Source: Porphyridium purpureum (lineage: Eukaryota). Taken from it: a stretch of DNA of 64,000 nt. The first letter of the stretch is position 1, and the number at the start of each line of letters is the position of its first letter. The position numbers were made by a program, and so were the translations under genes. Under the pieces are notes generated by a model. It saw only the letters and a list, made by a program, of their open reading frames with translations. It was not told the DNA's origin and made no database searches. Shown piece by piece: positions 31,801-40,800 of the stretch. The stretch spans positions 868,001-932,000 of the forward strand of contig VRMN01000001.1 in assembly GCA_008690995.1 (NCBI GenBank). The letters are read 5' to 3'.

Positions 31801-34800
31801 TGACCAGCCAGCAATCGACAGAGTTTTGCAGGAGCACGGGCTCCAAGCTGAAAAAGACAAGGAGACACAGGTCGTGCTGATCGAGATGGCGATGCTCAGC
31901 TTCACAAACGCGATGGAACGGAAACCGCGGTTTGAGAGTGTCGGGTACACGACAGTGCTGTGGTCGCTTCGTGACGCATCCGCGTGGCTGAGTGCCCGTG
32001 GCACGCAAAATGCGGTGTGGGTCCGAGTTGCCCGAAATGTATTCGCGTTTGAGTGGAAACATGCCGTGCGGCTTGGACATGTTGACCGTGTGGATATTTT
32101 GGCACACCGATTGAACGCCAACGACGCAGTACTCGCGGTTAGTAGCGACAGTAATATGGGTACAAAGCAAGAGTACGCTACCACGAATGTGGTCGACGTG
32201 TCCACTGTTGATTTTGCTGCCACGACAGACAAGTTGCGAGAGCTTGCGCAGTGGTCTTTTCTGCGCTCCGTGTATTTACAAATATCTAGTCGATTCAAAC
32301 GGAAGACGCCGACTTTTCTTCCTCATGACATGTCCAATCAAGCTGGAACATCCGGTCTCGCTCCGACCTCAGAGGCGTCTTGGGTTGCCGTGTACGAAGC
32401 TGCGGTTCGGCGCACGTATTTGCCGATATTTTACGCGCACCAGTTGCACAGCAGTCAGAAGATTAGTGGTAGCGGCGGAAGCGCAGAGGCAAGAGAAAGG
32501 GAGATTGCAGCAACGGCAGCAGCCAAAATCGGAAAGTGGTCTTTTACGTGTAGGATTTCTTCGATTCGAGCATCGCTGAAGCAAAGCACCAGCGACTACA
32601 GTAGTCGGATGGGCTCTCCTTCTGGCAAGGTATGTTCGTTGCATCTCAACCGAGTATCCAGCATGCTGCATTCACTCAAAGGGCCCGCGCGTATCTCTGG
32701 CAATTTCAGCGTTGAGTCGATCTTGCTGAACGATTCGACGCGACATTCGCTGGCTCCACAAGGCGAATTATTCCGCGGAACGGGCACAGGCAACAGTATC
32801 GCGACGCTCGAAGCACCTGGTCCGTTTCTAAAGCTCGCCATTGATGAGAGTATGCAGTCTTATGTTCTCGAATTAGCCAGGATTCAGATTCATTGCGTGA
32901 AGGAGTCTTGGTTGAAGATCGCGAAGCTTTTGTTCGAAGCTAGACGGGAGTCTATCGTGCCCAAAGATCGACAGGTACACTCAGAACTGAGGGAGAAACA
33001 CGGTGGAGCATGGCTGAATGAGAACTCGTCATCAGTCACCGTAAGAATCGCGGCCTTTTTCGAGGCTCGCACGCGCTTCGTCGCAAAATGCAGAATTGAT
33101 GAAAGCACAATTTCTTTTCTGTCGCCTTGCGGCCTGATAGGCCAAACTGTAATATCTGGTGCGTTTTTCTCCGCTGGGTTCGTGTCGGTGTCGCGCAGCA
33201 ACGATGAGCATATCCAGTTGACAGGATCTCTGGATAGTATTATTGTGCGTGACGTCACCACACGTGTTGAAGATCACGAGGAGGTATTCAAGTATGTGCG
33301 CGACAAGACGTTGACCGGCCGGCTCAGTGACCAGATCACGTTCACGCTTCCCCGAACCATGCTGTGTGCGTGGATGTACAGAAGAGATGAGCACGACAAA
33401 GACGGCATTTCGACTCGTGGTGAAACAGGCAGCAAAGCGGATGTGGTAGATGGGCCAGCTGCAAGTGTATACGTTCTATTAAGTGGCGTGCGTGTTGTGT
33501 ATTTACAGCGCTCGGCGTCTTTGCTGCGAACCTTCTTGATGGACATTTTTGAAGCATTCCAGGATTTGGCGTGGGAGGATCAGTTGATCAAAACGCAGAG
33601 CAACCAATGTTCTACGAATTTCTTCGACGGAATATTTCCTGCGTTGCCTGTCCTGCCACCTGCATTGGCGCATTCACCTATATCTACACCTGCTTTCACA
33701 CAAGCATCTGCGTGGGAAAGAAGAAAGTCGTTTCCCCTCTCATTTGAATTTGTACTGAAGGATTTGGGCGTGATGATGCCCCGGCACTCGTACAACGAAC
33801 ATGAGGCCTTGGTGCTTTTTATGAAGCAGTGCAGTGTGAAGAGTGAGTCCACCCCGTCAGCGGGATACTGTGTTAGTATTGGTATCACAGTCTCTGGACT
33901 CGACGGGTATGTGGAGTACACCGCCGAGGCGACCACAGATCCAGGCCTTTCAAGCAGTGCGGCATGGCAATGGGAAAGCGACGACATGGAAAAGCAGCTA
34001 CAACAGGCCCGTGCAAGAGGCATGCAGCGGGTGTCGTGGGGAGCATGGAACAGCCAAAGTCGAGGCGGAACGAGTAGCAACGTGCGTCCGCGGCCGTCAA
34101 GATTTCTGCTTAACCATGACATGGAACTCAAGGTCGATATGTTTCGCGTGGTGCCGCTTCCGCAGAATGCATCCGCTCAGAAGAGTGCGAGAGAGAATGA
34201 TGTTTTTGGTGTCGAGTTTGTGATCGGCTTGTTGATGGAGCAGGGTCTTGTCGTGGACCAGGCGGACGAGTTCGGAACAAAAGACGTGCTTGTTGCGCAA
34301 AATCGGTATCTACCCGTACTTCGCGTCCGATGCGTGGGTACGTCGGAGCTTACATTGGTCATGAGCGAGGCAGAATATTCGATCATGTACTTCGTCGCAA
34401 CCGAGAATTTTACTGAGCGCGCGCATGGTATCGCTTTTGGGACCGAAGTCACAAATCATGACTTTGACCTAACCGAAGGGGTGCAGGGCAGAAGGCTGCC
34501 GTCATATTTCAGGCCAGAGCAACAAATTGTTGGCATGATCCCGTCAATTAAGGTAGAAATTGTTCGAGGTGATCGCAACGCGTCTATCGGGCGGTTGGCG
34601 GCGACTTCGCTGTGCAAAGTGCATGTCACGAATGCTACTTTCGTGGCGTCGCTGGAGGTCGGCAGCAAGCTGATGGTTGAGCTACATGCCGATCTAGATC
34701 GTGTCGTGGACACGCGCTCCGTCGACGGCGAAGATGGGGAGGGGCAGTCGTGTTCCGGCGCTTTCGCCACCACGGTCGTACGGTCAGCTTCACAGTCGCC

Positions 34801-37800
34801 ATCGCGAGTACCAAATCGATCTCTCTGCTTCCGATACAGTCGGCCGTTTGAGCATGCTCCTGAGCTCGTCGGTGAGCTACAAGGGCTTAGTGCTCTCGTT
34901 CTATCAGACTTCATGGCCACTGTTGCCTTCGACTTGTGTATTCCGGGTGATGCATTCCTGCTTACCACGCCAGAAAGCCCGACATGTGTGTTTCGTGGCC
35001 GTAGCGCAGTCCTTACACTCAAACAGTGCGACTGCTGGCTACCCGTCGAGCAGGCTTTGCCTGAGGATCGAGAAATCGGTATAGACCCGCGCGCTCTGGT
35101 GCTTGACACGGAGGCAGTTGCGCTCAAGGTTCTCTGGGAACCGGGCACACGAGAGAGGACGTATGACTTACGGGTCTGTGGCTTTGAGTGTGCAGTCAGT
35201 ATGCTTCCTTCCTTCTTCTTGTCCGGAAAGGGACAGGTTTTACCTGGTTGGGACGAGGAAAGCCGTGGCGCTTCGCTCTCTGCAGATCAGTTCCAGAAAC
35301 AACAAGCACTGCATTTTGAGTTGGGCATGAGTAGTGCTGGAATGGGAGTAGAAAACTGTATGGATGCGCTGCCCGGTACAGGAGCTGTGCCGGATCGCAC
35401 GGCTGGAGTCCTGGACGAAGAGACTCTAAGTAGGAACTTTGGTATACATCCCGATGTTTATCCTGCTGTTCACCAAACTCACCGCCGAAGTGTTTCAATC
35501 GTTCCCGGGAATCAAGCCGCAGCTATGGCAGGATCGGTTGCCGCTGGTGCACAAAGTAAGGTACCAATTGTGTACCCTTGTGAACTTTTTTTCATTTCAG
35601 ACCTTTCAGCGCACGAATTTGTTCGTGAGAATGGGCTTCGAGGGGCAGATGGAAAGTCGCTAGCGACGAATCCGCAATTGTGTAGGCGACTTCGAGCTTC
35701 GGCGAGTCAAGTAACAGTCTGTGTAGACCTTGCGGACGTTCACTTACTTCTTGCTGTTGCGCGACGCTTAGCGAAGCCTCTCACAGATTTCGATTCTCAA
35801 GGCAAACGTCTTTCAGCCGCAAAGAGTCACGCGCCTGATGTGTCTGCTGCAGCTTCGGTGGCTAGACCGGCAGTTGGCTTTCAGGTAGGCTTGTCGATTA
35901 CAATGCTGCAACTATTGCTGACCAAGTCGTCGTTGGGTCGGATGCCAAAGCCTGCCGCGCCAGCGCTGTCATGGACACCCCAACGTCCGCTTCTAGAAAT
36001 GGCGGTCCCCAGTTTCGAAGTGCACGCGTCGACCTCTGGATCCTCGCCTTCGCAAGCTTTAATGGATTTTCAAATTCGGCTTCAGTGCACGTGCGCCTTG
36101 AACTTATACCGCGATTTGCTGGGTGATTGGGTTCCGTTCGTCGAGCCGTGGACCTTCTCTGCTCGACTGGGCAGGAGCAGCAGCAAGAGTGAGAGGGTTG
36201 TGGTTGCGGAAGACTTATCGAACGCAGCAGCAATGCCGTCACGGTTGGTAAATGGGCGCATCAGCTCGCACAATCACCTGGATGTCAATCTGACACCTCT
36301 GGCTGTTTCGGTCATGGTGCAGATTACCGAGGCCTTGAGGGAGGCAGGGAAGCCATGGGGTCGTAATGGTGCTGCGTTGCCGCCGCCCACTGCGATTAGC
36401 AATCGGCTCCGTTCGTCTTACAGAACGTCTTGCTTCTTTGTGGAGAATAAGACCGGTCGCTCATTTGCGCTGAGTTTCCATCATAACCCCAGGCGGGTAG
36501 CCCTGCGCCCGAATGATTCAGCAGAGATTAATCTTCCGATCGCTGGTTCGGCGCAGCAGCAGGCATTTCTGATCTGGATGCTGTCTGGAATGCACAGTAG
36601 ACCGCGCGCATCCTTTCTGAATTCTCAAGAGGTTCAGGTACGTCCCGAGGATTATTTGTGTTGCAACCTACTTCTTCCGGGCTATGAGACGGCCAGGCTG
36701 TCTGTATCGAATCCGGGCTTGAAACGTGTTCGACTGGCTCCCGTGATTCAGGATTCGACTGCTCAAGCGTCGCCCGCGGGCTCACGCAGTTCTGCTCGAA
36801 AGAAGGCTGTTGCGCCGCCATTAGAGTTTGTATGGGAAGTGCGCATCGAGAATGGCATTCCACGCGGCGTGCTGCGTTCACTGTTGACCTTAACTAACCA
36901 GACGAATAGCGTTCTACAGGTCCTGTTGGGGGAGGGCTCACAAGCTTTGTGTCACACCATTGCCCCGGCGTGCACTTTCCACGTTCCTATTCTTTGGGTC
37001 GAGCGCAGCGTCCGTGTCCGTCCGCTTGTCGAGGACGGCAGAAAGGAGCTTGGCACCCTGCATCATAGGCATGCAGCCGATCAGGCTCAGCAGCAAAAGC
37101 CGACAAGGTTGGGCGTTTCCGCCACGGGAAGAACATGCGAGCTGGAGGCTTCTCTGGAGTGCAGAGAATATAAGCCTTCCTCGTCTGCCTCATCAGGGGA
37201 CGGTCGAATACTTGCAGGATCGATGTCTGATCTGAACCTACTCCGGATGCATCACGCTACTGCTGGAGTCAGCGGGAACTCATCCGCGGGAGACATCAGC
37301 GACGTGATTCACGCCGGGGTGGACCAAGATGACGTGCAGAAATCGTTACATTTTTATGATTGGAGCCATCCCTTACCTCGAGTGAGCTCTTTATCATCCG
37401 CAGCTGAAGCCGGCTCTTCATTCCTTCAGCGCCAGCGACCCGCTGCGGCCTCGGGGTCCAGTAGATACGGCAAGAGGCAGGGCAGCATGCATTTCGAGCG
37501 CGCTGCGTTGTTCGTTTCTTGCAAGCGCTCGATTGAAGATCGCAGTACGTGGGGAACAGTCGCAGGAGATGCAGAAGAGACGACGGCTGCTGATTTGATG
37601 AATTCAGATAATGGGATGCAGCTGCGAATGGGCGCTGAAAGCTACAGTAAGACTGCCACGGATGAACAGAAAGATACTGGCCCGCTCAAGAACCAGGGAA
37701 AGGTTCAGAAATTCCAGCAACGACAGCAGATTCCGGATTTCCATCTGACGCTTGTACCTGTCCTGGGTGCTGTTGGCACCTTAGACGTTGCACTGTGCGC

Positions 37801-40800
37801 TCCCCTGTCATTCCGGAACCTGCTTCCCCGCCCACTAATGCTGCAAATCAAGCAGAAAGCGCGTGCGGGTCAAGTAGTCGTAGGCGATCGTGATCGAGAA
37901 CGTAGACATCACGATGCGCACGTTGGTCGGCGGCATGAGGACCTGTACGTGTGCCGTGCGCTTGTCTACATCCAACCATTTCAAACGGTACGGGTTCATG
38001 CATTCAGTCCGCTGGAGACATCATTGTACGTCAGTGGATGCTACTCGAATATGAACGAGAAAGCGGTCGAAAACGCAAGTGACTCCACTCTTCTCGAAAG
38101 CTGGTGTCGTTTTGGAACCTTGGCATCTCTGGCGGCGAAGGCTGCGTCGATCGAGGTTGAACCACCACTGAATTCCGATACGGATGCGCCTTCTGGCCCT
38201 GCGGCAGTTCTAGGGGCTAGTACAAAGCGCGACAAGCCACTAGCACCGCCATATCACACGGCGGCTGCACTGGTGGTCCATTTTGATACATCGGGGAGCG
38301 AGGATGATATCAACAGCAGCATTGGTACAAACGAGAAGGTCTTCTACGCCAAGTTTTGGATTCGCAATCGTAGCGTGCTTCCTGTACGGTGCCGTGACCG
38401 ATCCAGACAGAAGTTGAATGGTGTTGTGGAGCTCATACCACACTCTTTGTTGTCCACCAGGTCGCCGCATTCACCTTCGGAGGAATTTCTGTGCTTGTCA
38501 GGTCCATTTGTTGCTTTCCAAGGAATGAAGGGTGCGCCTCTGGTGCTACCCGGTGGCGACACTGGTATGGTCGAAAGAGCACATTTTGCAAATCGGGATA
38601 TTCTGTCAGCGTCCACATCGTCAGCGCGCGCACCTGAATCCAATAAGAGGTGGGTGTCGCTGCCGTACGAGCTTTGGGACATTGATAAGGCTGTATATTT
38701 TAATGTGAGTGGCTGGGATATGGTATTGGAGGTCGTACCTGGCAATGGGGAATTGTACCGGTCCACGATGGCGACCATACGCTGCCCTTGGTGGATTGGT
38801 AATCTCACATCGCACGATCTCGAATGGCGTCCAGCATTGTCGTCAGCATCTCTGTCTTCGTCATCGACCTCCTCATCGTCCGCAGGTTACAGCGGAGGAC
38901 TGACAGCACGTGGCCATGCCGCTCAAGAGCATCCTGTTCCAAGCATGAGTTGGCGACCCGTACAGGTATCGTCCTTTTCGCGCGAGCGTTCCATCCAGAT
39001 TCGTATCCGAGACCAAGACCGGGACATAGCTTCGGCGTGGGAATGGAGTAATCCCGTGCAGTTGCGTGCAGACGCCGGTGCGACATTGTTCCTGAAGCTG
39101 TATCACCCAAAGACGCACGGGCAGTATATTGCGGAGCTTGCCATTCAAGATTTGCGTGGCGGTGCTAGGGGAATATTGGTGCACGCTCAAGATCCTGATA
39201 GCCCGCCGTATCGAATTGTGAATGCATGCGCTGACCATGACATTGCATTCTGCCAGATCGATCCACAGCACGGTTATAACTCGGGTTCAGCAGCACGACC
39301 GTTTTGGCTAGTGCATCCGGGCCACTCAACCAGGTATGCGTGGGATGAGCCACACGTGCGCCACCGTCTGCTTGCTGTGCAGATCATCTCGCGTGTCCCG
39401 GAGCATTCAGCCCTGGTCCCAACGGCGGAGTTCGAAATCAGCATTGATATTGTGTCCGCCTTGATCCTGCTTAAGGCTGGTAGCGCATGGAAAGTTTTCG
39501 TCCAAGTGGTCGATTCCACCAAAGTGGTGACCATCCAGGACGCATGTGAAGATGACCTTCAAGGTGCCAGTCCGACTGCGGGTACGAGTGCTAGTCACAT
39601 GACACGCGCCGCCGTGTTCGTCGATCTAGATGTCGAGTCTTCTCGCTCCGTGTTGAAAAGACAGTTTTCGTCGCATGTGCAGACCACGTTAGGGCCGGGC
39701 TTGTCCGTGAAGAAAATGAGTGTTGACAGCGAGAGAGGCTTCCGGCGCGGCATCCCCACGCTCCCTGCAAGCACCGGCGGTGGACGCGGCGAAGAAAGTG
39801 AGAGTAGAGCATTGCCGACTGGAATGGTTGAAGAACCAAGCCATTCGCTGCTTCAAAATTTTCAGTTTCTTGTGGATTTGTGGCTCCCCTCTGTGGGACT
39901 TAGTATTGTTGATTTGGGCGGGCTGCAGTGGTCGCCTTCGCCACAGGCAGCAAACGCTCGAATCCAGCATGACGAGGAGTTGTTGTACGTTTTGGCGACC
40001 GGTGTAGAATTCACAGCAGAGTCGCGCTGGGGATGTGAATCGGTCGTGGCTTCCTTCTCGATTGCTGATTTGCAGATGGACAATGTTTTGCCGGCTGCGA
40101 CTTGGGGTGTCGCGCTTTGGTTTCCTGCTGATCGTGGAAGCGCAAGTGTGAGTGTATCACAAAGCAGGGGCGCGAATACTGGCCGCCGGAAGTCTAATTC
40201 GCTTCTGAAGCGCGTTTCGTCAGATATGCACTCAGCGGGTGGCTGGCAGTGGTGGATGCGCGCGTCCCGGCAGGGTCGACCGGTCATCCGCGTTGTGCTG
40301 GAGATGCTGGTCACGGACAACATGTGGCGCCATGGAGACAAAGTGGTGCCGCGCACAGTGATGATAAAGAACATCCGCTCGCAGGTGTACCCGCTTGTGA
40401 TCCAGCTTGACGAAGAGATCGTCGCGCGCTGCTCGCATTTAATTTTTCAGCTCGATACGCTTTGCAAGGAGTCGCCGTCAACACCAATTTCGTCTGCGTG
40501 CGCGTCCTACCCTGTTGCGACGCCGACTTTGGTCGAGGTGGACTCGACGTGTGAGCCAATGCACAGCAACCTTTCTTCGATATCTCCGCTTGCAGATGGC
40601 TCGATAGGTTCCAGCGCCGCCCGAAAAGCGCAGTCAACTCTCGTATATATTGAGCACGTGCTCGTGAGCAACATCGAAATCGATCTGTCCTTCGCTTCAT
40701 CGTCACGGCGCGAGAGCCAGCTACGTTTCAAAACGGAAGCGAATGCACTGATTCGTGCGCTGCTGGCAACGGTGGGCAACGTGGAGAAGGCCGCTCTTAT